DNA from: Nemertoderma westbladi
Taxonomy: Eukaryota > Animalia > Xenacoelomorpha
Assembly: GCA_032718475.1 (NCBI GenBank)
Contig: JAUCBJ010002521.1
Coordinates: 1 to 42,499, forward strand
Reading direction: 5' to 3'
Length of the DNA stretch: 42,499 nucleotides
Numbering within the stretch: position 1 is the stretch's first letter; every line of letters begins with the position of its first letter. This document shows positions 23,241 through 35,428 of the stretch, in pieces. A program made the translations under genes and the position numbers. The notes below the pieces were generated by a model. The model was not told where the DNA came from. It saw only the letters and a list, made by a program, of their open reading frames with translations, and did not search any database.

Positions 23241-23360
23241 GGACATTACAACATTGTATTGGCCTGTACATTTAGTATTGTATTGGTGTTGTAATGTCCC
23301 TTTTTTATGTGGTAACCAATGACGGCATGACTTTACAATCACGCCGTCATTGGTTACCAC
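23241..23360. repeat. Two adjacent short inverted repeats
   Basis: GGACATTACAACA/TGTTGTAATGTCC (23241-23299) and the 18-bp perfect stem GTGGTAACCAATGACGGC/GCCGTCATTGGTTACCAC (23309-23360). Confidence 0.85.
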
Positions 23361-23659
23361 GTAAACAATAGGTGGAAATTATAATTAATTGCCTGACAGC
23401 CAGATAGGCCCACTGCATTACCTACCGGTAGCTATTAATAACCAGTAGCTATAAACTATTAACATGGCTGGACATTAACAATGCCACCATAAATATAAGC
23501 TAACTTTTTTCATAATATAATTTATGTCATTTTACATTTATTAATACAGCAATATGTGCAGTTTCTATCACTTATAATATATATTCAATCATTTTGTAAT
23601 GTTACAATTTTGGAATAAAACTACATACGTACTTGTTGCAAAGTACTTTACTTTACTTT

Positions 23660-24480
23660 TCAGTTCTCATCAGAAGTTGTAAATGATAACGGCATTTGCC
23701 CTCCTTTGAACAATACCACAGAGGCACAATTTTCAAATGTTACATTTAATGTATCTAAGCTCTTAAAAGCTATGAAAAAAATTACCACAAAGATATAGTC
23801 ATTGACCAGATGGGATAGTGGTTGTTATTCTAAAGTTACTGCGTTTTGAACTTGCTGCACCCCTTGTGTTATCTTTCAGTCTTCTATTGACAATGGTTTT
23901 GCGCCATCAAACTGATATAATTGCGAGTTTTAAAAAGGGCGACAGCTCAATCCATGAAAATTATCATCATATTTCGCTCACGTCTTCTCTCTGTAGGTTA
24001 TTTGAGCTTTTACTAGCAGTGATTTCTTACTACTAGCAGCATTGATTTCTTCCATGAAAATAACTTTATTACAAATAAACAGTCCGGATTTTTAAATAAG
24101 AAAAGTACTATTACACAACTAATTTATTGCACTAGCATTTGGGGTGATGCTATAAATAGTAAATGTTATTGTGACATTATATATATTGATTATGCTAAGG
24201 CATTTGAAACTGTAGTCACAAGTAAACTTATAGCTAAGCTACAATCGTATGGAATTACTGGTAACGTATTAAATTGGTTAAAGCGCTCACTTACAGGACA
24301 CATTCAGCGTGTCAAAATTGGTAACACATATTCGAAATATGTAAACACTAAAACAGGAGTCACCCACGGCTCATGCATAGTGCATTTATTATTCATATTA
24401 TTTAGGAACGATTTGCCTGATTTCTACTGATACGTATGTAAGTTTATATGCAGATGATACTAAATTATTTTCTACTATTG
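23660..24480 (+). mobile_element. Decayed CR1-clade reverse transcriptase
   Basis: FKKGD...NYHHISLTS, QSGFLNKKSTITQL, DIIYIDYAKAFETV, LQSYGITGNVLNWL and LYADDTKL, with frameshifts. Confidence 0.85.
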
Positions 24481-24649
24481 ACAAGAAATTGTGATTCAGT
24501 GATTCAGAATGTTAGCTAGTTTCATAACATATAGTCGTCACAGAAGCCTGACTGTCGATTTCAGTCAATGCTGTTCTACCATTGCAGACTTTCATATTAA
24601 TTCAGTAACAGCATTACAGCACTAGGCCCCCACAGATCAACAGAAGGGA

Positions 24650-25290
24650 TTGGTAAATCTCGTGGAGCTACAAAATCTGTTAAGGGTACTGGTACCGGTA
24701 CCGGTACGGGTAGTACCTCCCAGCTAGTGGATATTATAGAGTCAATCAACTCTCTCAAGGATGAAATTACTGTACCCTTATGCGAAAGGACTTAGCCAAA
24801 ATTCCTGCACTCATTTCGGAGGTTAACCATCTCCATTCAGAAAACTAACAACTGAAACTTGCGAATGACACACTCACTCAGTACACAAGGTAGCAAAGAA
24901 GTCTCACATCCTCTTTCATGGGGTCCTGGAGAACACGGATATTAATTTAAAAGCATCCGCTGTCTGCTCAATCATTGAAGTACTAGAAATACCATTCAGC
25001 AGCGTAGATGTATATCATCGTCTTGGTGCAAGGCAGCAGTAGCTGGAAAATTCAGCTAATGATCGCCAATGGTCTCGCCCAATCATAGTTAAATTCTTTG
25101 GACATGGAACACGAATCATGGCTCTGAAAAATCGCAAGAACTTAAGCTCGGGATACATTGCGGAATCTTTAACTCCACGGTGCACTGCACTCCTCCACCA
25201 TCTGCAATACCTCAGGCAGTCACAGGTTATTCTTAGCGCTTTCTCTCGAAACAGAAACATGTTTGTGGCTTTGGAAACCAGCTGATACTA
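24650..25290 (+). mobile_element. Decayed LINE ORF1 (coiled-coil/RRM type)
   Basis: Fragments HRLG, SRPIIVKF and YIAESLTP are typical of LINE ORF1p; stop codons present. Confidence 0.6.
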
Positions 25291-25853
25291 TAATATTATT
25301 ATTTTTTTTTTTATTTATTCTACCCTGTTTATTTAATCTATGTATGTAATATTTTACTTCTGATCTTTGGCGGATCATTTTACTGTACAGTATGTGCCGG
25401 TACTTATAGTATTAGTATATAGTATTGATATATTTGTTTTATATTTTATGTATCTTTTGTATCTTTTACTATATGTATATTTATATATTTGGTTTTTAAT
25501 TTAGTATGACTTGGATATTAAAAAAAGTACATAGTAGCCTATTCATATTATAGATTATATTATTATTATTGTTATTGTTTTATGGATTATTCTACTTTAG
25601 CAATTTAGTTCCAACGTATTTGTCATTAGTGAATTCTCGATATTTGTTCGTTTGTTAAATAATCAATATTGACTGTGACAGAACCTTGACTGTGTCTTTG
25701 GATCTGCATAAACGGGTTAATACCTATAATGCATAGAAATCACCGAGAGTCCCTACGAAGGGGGTTTTGGTGGATGATACTGGTATTTCAATTTCTCCCG
25801 TTTCATCCAACTGCTTTGAAGGAATTTAATCCGTAAATGATTCAGATCCACTT

Positions 25854-26142
25854 AGTGACAGTGGGTAAAAAAAGCTAATAATTCAAGCAATGATTCCGTG
25901 TCATTCAGTTGGTTCGGTTTGGTCGGTAAATTACTCATACTAAAACACTCACTATTGGTAAATACTCACTTATTACATTATAATTATATCAACCCCGTTC
26001 AGACCCCGTAAGTGACAGCCTCTGTCTTAAGCTAATAAGTCAAGCAATGATTCAGTGTCCTGGTCCGATTGGTAATTGGTACAATAAATATTTAAATGCT
26101 TACTGGTAATAGGCCATTACGTTATAATTATATAATAACCCC
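25854..26142. repeat. Diverged tandem duplication, period about 157 bp
   Basis: AGTGACAG...AAGCTAATAA.TCAAGCAATGATTC.GTGTC...TTATAATTATAT..AACCCC begins at 25854 and at 26011. Confidence 0.75.
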
Positions 26143-26617
26143 AGTTCCTTGCATTGTTTCGATTTGTATCTGTTTACCTAGTTCAGAAGTTGCAGTTGGT
26201 AGTGTCTTCACTATGGAAATCCATTAATTAATAAGGGTAATAAGTTGGTGATGTGTTATTAGATTACTAGATTTTACAAGATCTAGTATTAAGTTCAGGT
26301 AGCTTTCGATTTGCTTTAACAAGGATTATCACAAGGAACAAGGATTATCTGCTATTGCATGTATCTTTTTGTTGTTTATATATATATTTGATTTAAGAAA
26401 ATTTTATTCTTAAACAGGTAGTAGTGTCTCAGTATAAATATATATTATAGTGTTGGCTCTGTAGAATGCAGCTGTGTTGTGTTGTGTTGCAATATGCTGA
26501 CCCTTGAAATTCTGTAGCAGCTACTATTGGTACCCCTAAACTACAGCACGGAACCAGTCAGCCAGTAAACCCTGAAAATCTAACAAAAATACAATTGCAT
26601 TATACCACTCCTCCAAT

Positions 26618-26940
26618 ATGCCGCGAAAATCGAATACCAGTAACAGTACTAAATCCAAAAGTAAAAAGGATTCCCCCACGGGCAGAAAAGATACGGGTAC
26701 TTCAAGCGAACGCAACTCTGAAACCGACTCAACTCAAATTCAACAATACTCTCTGAGCTACGAAGATCAATTTCAATACTAACAGATGAAGTAGGAATGC
26801 TATGAACTGACATCAAAGCTTTAAAGCAGAACCAAATAACAATAAATGATATTCTGCCAACTGTAAAGAACCTATGTGAACGTGCAGACTCCCTTGACAA
26901 CAACCTAAATAGTAAATCGATTTCCAATCAAGAAAAACAA
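26618..26940 (+). mobile_element. Possible LINE ORF1 N-terminal coiled-coil relic
   Basis: ATG at 26618 (MPRKS...), then heptad-like ILSELRRSISILTDEVGML*TDIKALKQNQ with disablements. Confidence 0.35.
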
Positions 26941-27116
26941 ATGGCAAAAAATATATAAATTTTAATATTTATAATTTTTTAATAACAAATGTAGCTACAG
27001 TAGCTAGCTACCAAAGAAAACGCTTGTTAATTAGTATGATAGAAACTAAAATAAACAAATATTAAGCTACCATAGATAACACTAGATACCTTCGAATACA
27101 CTAGCTACGATCACAA

Positions 27117-27350
27117 TTTACTCGCGATATTTTTATCTTAGATATTTTTACTCGCGATATTTTTATCTTAGATATTTTTACTCGCGATATTTTTATCTTA
27201 GATATTTTTACTCGCGATATATTTTCGATATTTTCATATTGAAAAATTACTACTCTCGATATTATTAACTCGCTATATATTTCAACACTCAATTTTTTTT
27301 TTGCGATATTGTTACTCTTGATATTTTTCAAGTCTCGATATTTTTTACCG
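27117..27350. repeat. Minisatellite: 30-bp unit built from two ~15-bp subunits
   Basis: CTCGCGATATTTTTATCTTAGATATTTTTA repeated about 3.3 times perfectly, then degenerate. A related unit occurs in reverse orientation at 42405-42480. Confidence 0.9.
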
Positions 27351-27559
27351 ATACCATACACTCATATTGCTGCTGGTTCAATTTTGTCGACCTCACTCTC
27401 ATTAATTTAAACATTGTTTACTAAGTTATTATTGGGATCATATGTCCAAGGGATCCTTATCTTTCATAGAATTGTGGTAACTCACTGAATGAACAGTGAA
27501 ATTCTTTCATTTCCTGGATTCGTAGACAGCATTGTCACCTACTATCTAAATAGATAAAA

Positions 27560-27710
27560 CACTCATTTGTATCAAAGGTTTTATTTACTGAAATATATAA
27601 ATAATATTTTTGAAATGAGATAAATTAACTAATCCAATGAAATTAATTACATTGTAAAATTTATTAATCATCAGTGCAATGTACACTTGTAATCATATAT
27701 CATATAATAC
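27560..27710 (+). promoter_or_regulatory. Proximal promoter or leader of receptor B, conserved with receptor A
   Basis: ATCAAAGG at 27571, a CCAAT box, and a 30-mer (27662-27691) identical to 15441-15470. Confidence 0.65.
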
Positions 27711-27780
27711 AAAATAACAACGGAAGGAAATTCATTCCTACGGATACTCAAACTGATAAAAGTTAACCATCCACGAAAAA

Positions 27781-30051
27781 ATGGTAAAATTATATTTTTT
27801 ACAATGTGTTTATTTAATCGCTATTTGGGGTGTTCATGCATATGGAGATGATTTGTTTGGTATTAGTAATGATGGAGGTGGACTACACAAAAGAGCTGAA
27901 TTAGAGCCTCAGAATAATAGGATCATTGCTGAGACTTCGCAACATTACATAGCAGTAAACCTTGTTGGGGAGAATGTATGTCAAGAGATGGTGCCAACAC
28001 AGGTCTGGGTTACAATAAGATTCAAGGCTAGTCGGATAGGATGGTATCGTCCATCTTGTAGCTCTTGGTGCATGCTTTGGGGTTGCTGTGAGGACAGAAA
28101 ACAGAGGGTGTATTACTATATGGATTCTAGACAAGAATCACATCTTGAAAATGTCTTAACAGATGTGTGTTGCGAAGGTTGGGAAATGCTTGATAACCAA
28201 TGTATTATTCCTATTTGTGAGGGTGACAATGCATGTACCAATGGAACCTGTGTTAATCCCAATGAATGTAATTGCAATACAGGCTACTTAGGTGATACAT
28301 GTAGTGATAAATGTCCTCCTGGTTTCTATGGTGATGCGTGCGTACATGAATGCCAGTGTGATAATTATGCACCATGCAACAATGTGAATGGAGATTGCCA
28401 ATGTTTACCGGGTTTCCAAGGAGAACATTGTGAAGATAAGTGTCCCACATGGTGGTTTGGATCCCACTGCATAGAGGAGTGTGACTGTGTTCAAAACAAT
28501 ACGGAGATATGCACTGTAACACATGGTATATGTATCTGCACACCTGAATTTACTGGTTCCATATGTGATGAGCCATGTGAATCGGGTAATTGTACAATCA
28601 CATGCCAGTGTATAGATGCTGCCACTGAGAGATGTGACATAACAACTGGAGAATGCTACTGTAAACCTGGTTTTACAGGAATTCATTGTGGGGAATATTG
28701 TCCACCAGGAACTTTTGGCTATGGTTGTGGTGGACAATGTAATTGCAACAATGGTGGACAATGTGATATATTTAGTGGTAACTGTTCATGCACAACTGGA
28801 TGGCAAGGCAATAGTTGTTCAACGCCATGCGATTCAGGATTCTATGGATTGAATTGTCAAGAGATTTGCACTTGCAACACAAACACTTCAGATTGCAACC
28901 ACATTACTGGTGAGTGCGAATGTTTAGCAGGCTGGATGGGTGACCAATGCGATGAAGAATGCCCGCACATGTTACATGGACCCAACTGTAAACTGGAATG
29001 CGAATGCAAAGATAATGGAAAATTTTGTGATCCTGCAACTGGAATATGTGAATGTAAAGAAGGTTGGCAGGGAGTTACTTGTAATGATAACTGCCCTCAA
29101 GGTCTGTTTGGTGATGGCTGCATGTATCAATGCCAATGTAATAATGGTGCCTATTGTTCACCATATGATGGATCATGCAATTGTACATCAGGATGGGTTG
29201 GGGATAATTGTGATGTAAAGTGTCCAAATGGATATTTTGGTATTGAGTGTATGGAAGAATGCGACTGTCCTGAGAACATTACATGTCATCACAACACTGG
29301 AGAATGCCAATGTGGACCTGGTGTTTATGGGAATGATTGCAATACCACCTGTGAATTTCTATATTTTGGTCATAATTGTGAGATCAATTGTGAATGTCAC
29401 CCGAATAACACAAGGTCGTGCCATCCTCACCATGGGGAATGTTCCTGCAATCCGGGATATAGAGGTACGCATTGCAAGGAAAAGTGCTCACCATTCACTT
29501 TCGGCGAAGAATGTGCTAATAAATGTTTATGCACCGATGAACATACACAAGAATGTGACAATATCGATGGAAACTGCTCCTGTAAAGATGGTTACATTGG
29601 AAAATTATGTGAAAATCGTTGCCCAAAAGGAAAATTCGGTAATAAATGTGTCCATGATTGCGCCTGCGAAAATAATGCTATTTGTGATTACAAGAACGGA
29701 AATTGCCAATGCAATGAAGGATTTCTTGGTATAACTTGTGCCGAATTCCTTCAAAGTACTAACACTGTGGCCATAGCAGCAGGGGTTGTTATAATGCTGG
29801 TGGTAATGTTTATTGTTGTCACCATTGGAATATTGTGGTATATGAAAATAAGAAACAAGGATGCCCCAGATACAGAGATGGTTTTAGCTGAAGGCGAAGC
29901 ATTGGATAATGCTAAGGATTTAGACGATAGTAAGGATGATGAAACGAATGCTGGTTTAGAAGTTATCAATCCAATCTATGAATGCGGCCTAGCCTTTACC
30001 AAAAGCGATACAGTGGCATATAGTAAAAACAAGGATGAATCCAATCCATAA
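27781..30051 (+). CDS. Draper/CED-1/MEGF10-like EMI-EGF receptor, paralogue B (756 aa, single ORF)
   Basis: Colinear with A without gaps; same domains; cytoplasmic NPIY. Confidence 0.92.
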   Translation: MVKLYFLQCVYLIAIWGVHAYGDDLFGISNDGGGLHKRAELEPQNNRIIAETSQHYIAVNLVGENVCQEMVPTQVWVTIRFKASRIGWYRPSCSSWCMLWGCCEDRKQRVYYYMDSRQESHLENVLTDVCCEGWEMLDNQCIIPICEGDNACTNGTCVNPNECNCNTGYLGDTCSDKCPPGFYGDACVHECQCDNYAPCNNVNGDCQCLPGFQGEHCEDKCPTWWFGSHCIEECDCVQNNTEICTVTHGICICTPEFTGSICDEPCESGNCTITCQCIDAATERCDITTGECYCKPGFTGIHCGEYCPPGTFGYGCGGQCNCNNGGQCDIFSGNCSCTTGWQGNSCSTPCDSGFYGLNCQEICTCNTNTSDCNHITGECECLAGWMGDQCDEECPHMLHGPNCKLECECKDNGKFCDPATGICECKEGWQGVTCNDNCPQGLFGDGCMYQCQCNNGAYCSPYDGSCNCTSGWVGDNCDVKCPNGYFGIECMEECDCPENITCHHNTGECQCGPGVYGNDCNTTCEFLYFGHNCEINCECHPNNTRSCHPHHGECSCNPGYRGTHCKEKCSPFTFGEECANKCLCTDEHTQECDNIDGNCSCKDGYIGKLCENRCPKGKFGNKCVHDCACENNAICDYKNGNCQCNEGFLGITCAEFLQSTNTVAIAAGVVIMLVVMFIVVTIGILWYMKIRNKDAPDTEMVLAEGEALDNAKDLDDSKDDETNAGLEVINPIYECGLAFTKSDTVAYSKNKDESNP

Positions 30052-30847
30052 CCATCCAGGTGAAACCTGAAACGCTATTTTTGTGACTGGAAATCACAAC
30101 ATATAACTGGCTAAGTTACGTAACTGACTGGTAAGATTGAGTTTACTTAGGGTATAGTGGCATAATTCTTTTTACATGATATTGCGGCCATTGCTTTCTG
30201 GCCTCTGACAGCAGAGGACGCTTTTTCAGTGTTTTCGGTACTTTCTTAATTTGTTAATATTTTAATATTTCTTAATTACTCCATAAAATGCTCTTGCTTT
30301 ATGGGCATGACATCAAAGGTTCATATAATATCAAAATCAAGTGTTCCTATATTTTATATATCGATTTTCTTACCAAGTTAACTGTGTGGAGAGTTATACA
30401 TTTCAGTGCCGAATGTCTCTCACTCTCATCTTAAGATTTGTTAAGAGTGGACAAGGCCATAAACGACTATTCAAATATTGGAATTTGTTTACAATCGCAT
30501 TGCCATGGAGGTGTTAAAGGATTTATATTATTTTCAGTTTTTATTTAACAATACTATAAAACACAAATTATATTTGGTTTGTGAACTACTTGGAAGTTTT
30601 CTGTCCTCTAACAAAATAAACAAAAGTAAATAAAATAGATGCCAATTAATAATAATAACTTGTGAATTATTATTGACCATTAATAATATATATTTCCTAC
30701 TTATAATCGTTGAAGTCGATCTGTGTATAATTGTAATATTTCTGATTCTGATTTGTAATTATAATACTATATATTTCAACTATAATGTGAAATTATGCCA
30801 CACGTTTTATGTATTTTAGTGTAGAACATAAAATCAAGCAACAATAA

Positions 30848-31778
30848 TACACCATGTCCTGGAATATAGTGTCGTTATTCATGTACCTGGACCCCCCCCC
30901 CCCAAATTTTAACAAATCTTAATAAGATAGCATGAAATTTGAAACAGATATAGTTTCACCTCGCCCCCTCCTCCCTCCTCCTTGCCTGGGTGAGCTAGAA
31001 ATTTTATTTTCGCTTTCATTATTTAGCTACAAGCGTTTGAAAAAGGTGTCTCCGTCGGTATTGCGCCAGTTACACCGCAGTTATTCTTCAACCTTATAGC
31101 GATTTGTTGATATTGACGGAAAGCTGGCCATGCAAGGGTTCCAAATATGTATCATAATCTGAATTTCGTTGTAAAACAGAAGTGATATGGGCATTCTAAA
31201 GTTGCATGGTTTTATACATGCGCAAGGTTATTTTATTCTATTAATAAAATACACCATATTGTAGAACATGTTGTTTATCCCATACGTAGCTGGGCAACAA
31301 TGCAATAACTCTGTAATCATACTATTGCGTAGCTATTCGTACATAAACATCGTGTTCTAGAATATGGATTATTAATTAAATAGAATAAAATAGCCTCGCG
31401 CAGATGCTAAATCATGCAACATTTGAACGCTCATATCTCAGCTATTTTACGACCAAATTCAGATTGTGGTACATATTTGGAATCCTTGCATGGCCCGCTG
31501 TCCGTCAATATCAACAAATCGCTATAAGGTTGAAGAATAACTGCGGTGTGTGTATCTGGCGCAATACCGACGGAGACACCTTTTTAAACGCTTGTAGCTA
31601 AAGAATGAAAGCAAAAATAAAAATTCTGGCTCACCCAGCAAGGAAGAGGGAGGTGAAACCATCTCTGTTTCAAATTTCATGCAATCTCATTAAGATTTGT
31701 AGAAAAAAAATTTTTAGGGGGGGGGGGGGGGGGGTCCAGATACCTCAATAACGACACTATATTCCAGGACATGGTGTA
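30848..31778. mobile_element. Complete long foldback MITE (about 930 bp), TA-flanked, Tc1/mariner-like termini
   Basis: TA-CACCATGTCCTGGAATATAGTGTCGTTATT ... AATAACGACACTATATTCCAGGACATGGTG-TA. The arms pair almost to the centre near 31310. Confidence 0.9.
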
Positions 31779-31979
31779 TTAGGTTTTAATTTATTCTTAC
31801 ACTGAAATCTATGGAGAAATAAATTTTCAAATCTGAGAAAAAAGTTTTCTTAGTGATCTTTCCTTGATTTATTTTTCCCTTTTTGGGAAATGAGTTATTT
31901 CGGTCCAATCTTCACACGCGAATTATTAATTAAGGAGCATGTAACAATGGCATGTAATTTGAAATCTAAACGGTAAACC

Positions 31980-32145
31980 TTTTCCACAAAATTGCACCGC
32001 CATAACTCCCCATCACCCATGATAATCGCTTGATCATCCGCATCTTCAATGCCAGTGTCCTTTAAGAGGCATCTCAAGAAAGTCATCGACTGTTCACCAT
32101 GCGTATTCACTTCATAAGGCCGTCAAAGTACAAGATTTTGCACAG
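31980..32145 (-). mobile_element. RTE LINE 3' fragment
   Basis: MTFLRCLLKDTGIEDADD...GDGELWRCNFV matches the C-terminus of the 10011-13021 element. Confidence 0.85.
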
Positions 32146-32303
32146 ACTGCTTGCACTCTGCTTTACTGTGTATTAGTGTATTGAAATGAAAGAATTGGAA
32201 CGATAGTGGAGGTAGGTATGTAGATTGTAGAGGTATAGATGGTCAATAACTTACCGGTGTCACAGCATTTTTGATCCCCTGAAGATAATAATAATAAGCT
32301 TAG

Positions 32304-32629
32304 TCTTAGTACTAACAATAGTGCAATAGCAATAAAATACATTTTAATAGTCCAAACGTTTCGTTATATTAACTTTATATCATCCTTAGAGGATTTACAA
32401 ATAAACAAATTAGAGTTAAATTTAAAACAGTAAACTAGATAATACTGCCTCTTTTGTAATAATCTAGTTTACAGTTTTAAATTTAACTCTAATTTGTTTA
32501 TTTGTAACTCCACTAAGGATGATATATAGTTAACATATCGAAAAGTTTGGACTATTAAAATGTTTTGTATTGCTTTTGCGCTATTGTTTGTACTAAGAAT
32601 CGATTCCCAACTGGAACTTCTATTACTTC
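32304..32629. mobile_element. Inverted Penelope-like terminal repeat pair with hammerhead-like motifs, TSD-flanked
   Basis: About 140-bp inverted arms (32304-32445 and 32456-32598) plus a ~31-nt extension. Direct repeat AATAAGCTTAG at 32293-32303 and 32630-32640. Each arm carries CTAAGGA-stem-GAAA. Confidence 0.65.
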
Positions 32630-32799
32630 AATAAGCTTAGGGTTGCTATCCAAACTATATAAACCCTAGGCCGTTCTCAGATTTTAAGTAAAACTTATCG
32701 CACTTACGGTACCCCCCTACCTACCTTATATTTTATGACTTAAGTTATATATTTAAGTCCAACTTATATTTTAAATTTTTTTGCAATTAGTTAACGGAA

Positions 32800-33620
32800 T
32801 GGACTTATTTTAAAGTTAAAGTCGGTTTAATGCAACAGTCCCCAAATGTGTTCATTTCCATTGCTAATTTATTGTAATGCCTTGTACAGTACACCAGTGT
32901 TTCTGGTTTTGCCCCCTTCAATATTGATTGGTACGAACGTTGTTGAGCATGTTTAACTCTGTGCCCAATAGGTGTTTGATCCAGTTCTATTAAGCAGGGT
33001 ATTTTGTGTGCTGATTTCCTAACACCTAGCAGTTGCTTTATCAATGATATGTACATTTTATTTACTGGGACTAAAGATGCACCAAACCACGGATCAGAAG
33101 AATACACGATACTAGACATTAAAGCCGCCTCAAATACACGTCGCCGCGAAGATAAAGGCATTTCTGGGTTGCGATATATAAATACGGTAAACTTTAATTC
33201 TTGCATTGTCTTCAATGTAATCTGGTCGCTCACTGTTTTCGAAATCGATGCATCCGATAGGAAAAACGCTCCAAGGTAAAGAAAGGTATGAGTCAGTATT
33301 TGTCACAGTGATTGAATCATCAGTACTGGTTAGGGCAGAGTTTTCATCGACTGCACCATTGACAACCATAAACTGGATTTTCTTAAAATTCAAATTCATG
33401 CCAAATTCCTTACAATACTGAGAAAGAATCTGAAGTTGCTGTCTTGCTATTTCTCTTGATGGGACTACTAAACAGGCACCATCCATTAGTAACAAGATAG
33501 TCGCAACCTACCGTTTGGATGGAGCTTATTTAATGCTACTACAAGGGGGTCTATATAAAAAGTTAATTAGAATATTCTGGAAGGTGCTCCTTGTCTAGTT
33601 CCTATTGATGACCAGATATT
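32800..33620 (-). mobile_element. Decayed RTE-X-like LINE RT fragment related to 18598-20910
   Basis: RQGAP, LLMDG..., VFEAALMSSIVYSSDPWF and LIKQLLGVRK...CLIEL parallel the 18842-20665 ORF. Confidence 0.8.
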
Positions 33621-33646
33621 CTCTTTACCCAGTAGGTTGAAAATAA

Positions 33647-34780
33647 ATGGAACATCAAAGTTGCTTTATGAAACAGTTGTCAAGTTTGAGAGATCTGTCA
33701 CAACAGGGATTGGGAATACGTGGACATGATGATATGGAGGGTAATTTACTTCAACTCCTAAAACTATGTGCATGTGATTCTCCTTATTTATTGTCTTGGG
33801 TAGATAATAAGCAATATTTGAGCGCGCAGATTATTCACAAGTTGCTTGAGATTATGGCAAACACAGTGTTAAGAAGTCTTGTCAATGACATCAAAGTAAG
33901 GTCCACACTGTTTTCAGTAATCGCTGATAAGTCCCGAGATAATGGCAACAAGGAACATTTGTGCTGTGTCATACACTGGGTTGATAAGTCCACTTTTGAA
34001 TCCCACCAGTATTTTATTAAGATGTACGATATGGAGGTCATAACATCAGAAGATATTACAGCGGCGATGAAAGATTTATTTGTGCATTGCAACCTTCCCA
34101 TTCTGGATGTACATTGGCAGGCATATGATGGCGCTACCATATATGAGCGGTCATCTTTCAGGTGTTGCAGCTCGAATTATGGAGGAGAACAGGAAAGAAA
34201 ACGGCAATTTAGATCTTTCACTACAAAGTTACTCAAGGAACAGCAGTGTTATCCAAGCGACACTCGATTTCTCACAGTCCTTTGGAGTTTTTATTAAAGC
34301 TTAGCCATAGAGAATGGCTGCATTCCACGCTGTATGTGATGATAATGATAATATTCATCAAAATATCTCACTACTCTGTCTGTCTAGATGGACTGTAAGA
34401 TCTAAATCACTGCCTGCCCTACTAGAACATTATGTGGAATTACATAAAACTTTATTAGCAATTGCTTCAGAAAGTTCTTGTGCTGATACACGATTTAAGG
34501 CTGATCTCTAAGGATTCTAACAATTTCAGACGTATTTTGGCTTACAGCTCTGTAAAAACCTTTTTGCGTTGTAGAACAAGTTGCCCAATCGCTGCAGTCT
34601 AAATCTATCACTGTCCATCAAACATTTAATAGTGTGTCATCGCTGAAGAATAACTTACAACGTTAGAGAATTGACTTCAGTCCCTTTTAGAGCAATACTA
34701 TGACAGCATTGCCATGCATTGTTCATGAACCCATGTTGCCTCGTCAACGTAAAGTGCCACGCCGTTTAGAGCAGGGGGAT
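33647..34780 (+). pseudogene. hAT transposase relic (ZMYM1/DUF4371-like)
   Basis: IRGHDD..GNLLQLL, YLSAQI, FSVIADKSRD, QAYDGA..MSGHLSGVAARI and SRWT, with frameshifts and stops. Confidence 0.85.
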
Positions 34781-35428
34781 GATAAGCTCAAAGAATGGTA
34801 TGCTTGAGTATGTAGAAGACTACTGTTACCTGGTATCATAGATCCAGAAGTCAGGTGAGGACCTTCGAATATATAAGGGAAAGGCATGGGCAGCATTGAA
34901 TGGGCTTTCCAGGATTTGGAAGTCATTCAAAATTCACCCAACCTTAACTTGAGGCCACCAAATCTCTGGATGGAATATTCACAAGAATGAAACGTCGGGT
35001 TGACTGTGTCAAGTACAACAATGCACACATCTCCAACCAGACTCTATATAACATTGGAGGTGTCTCATTGATTCCCCCAAGCTTGACACTAAAACAAAGC
35101 TGTCTCCAATTTACAGGACATTCTTTTTGCCATGAGGAACAGCCTGTGCACAATCTTGTGCTTTGGCAGCCTCCCTCATAAGCATGGTGGGCAGCCCATG
35201 ACTTTCATGAGAAGTCTCCTAAAGGACACTGGCCTTGAAGATGCGGATAATCTCGCGAAAGTTGTGGAGGTGCAACTTTGTTGATAAGCCGGCATAGCAT
35301 TCTTAATGCACGCTGCATTGGGCTTGCCAATTTTGGATTGCATGGTGGTGACAAAATGTTTTTGTTAAGCTGGCATAGCATCTCAATGTGCAGTTTCAAT
35401 GCAGCAGGTCGATTATAGTAGTAGTAGT
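34780..35428 (+). mobile_element. 5'-truncated, internally deleted RTE copy with duplicated 3' terminus and (TAG)n tail
   Basis: Aligns to about 12370-13021. The AAGC.GGCATAGCAT block occurs twice (about 35285 and 35366); TAGTAGTAGTAG near 35416. Confidence 0.88.

Noticed and set aside
27101-27361. ORF with KISRVKISKI repeats
   Set aside because: Translation of the minisatellite.
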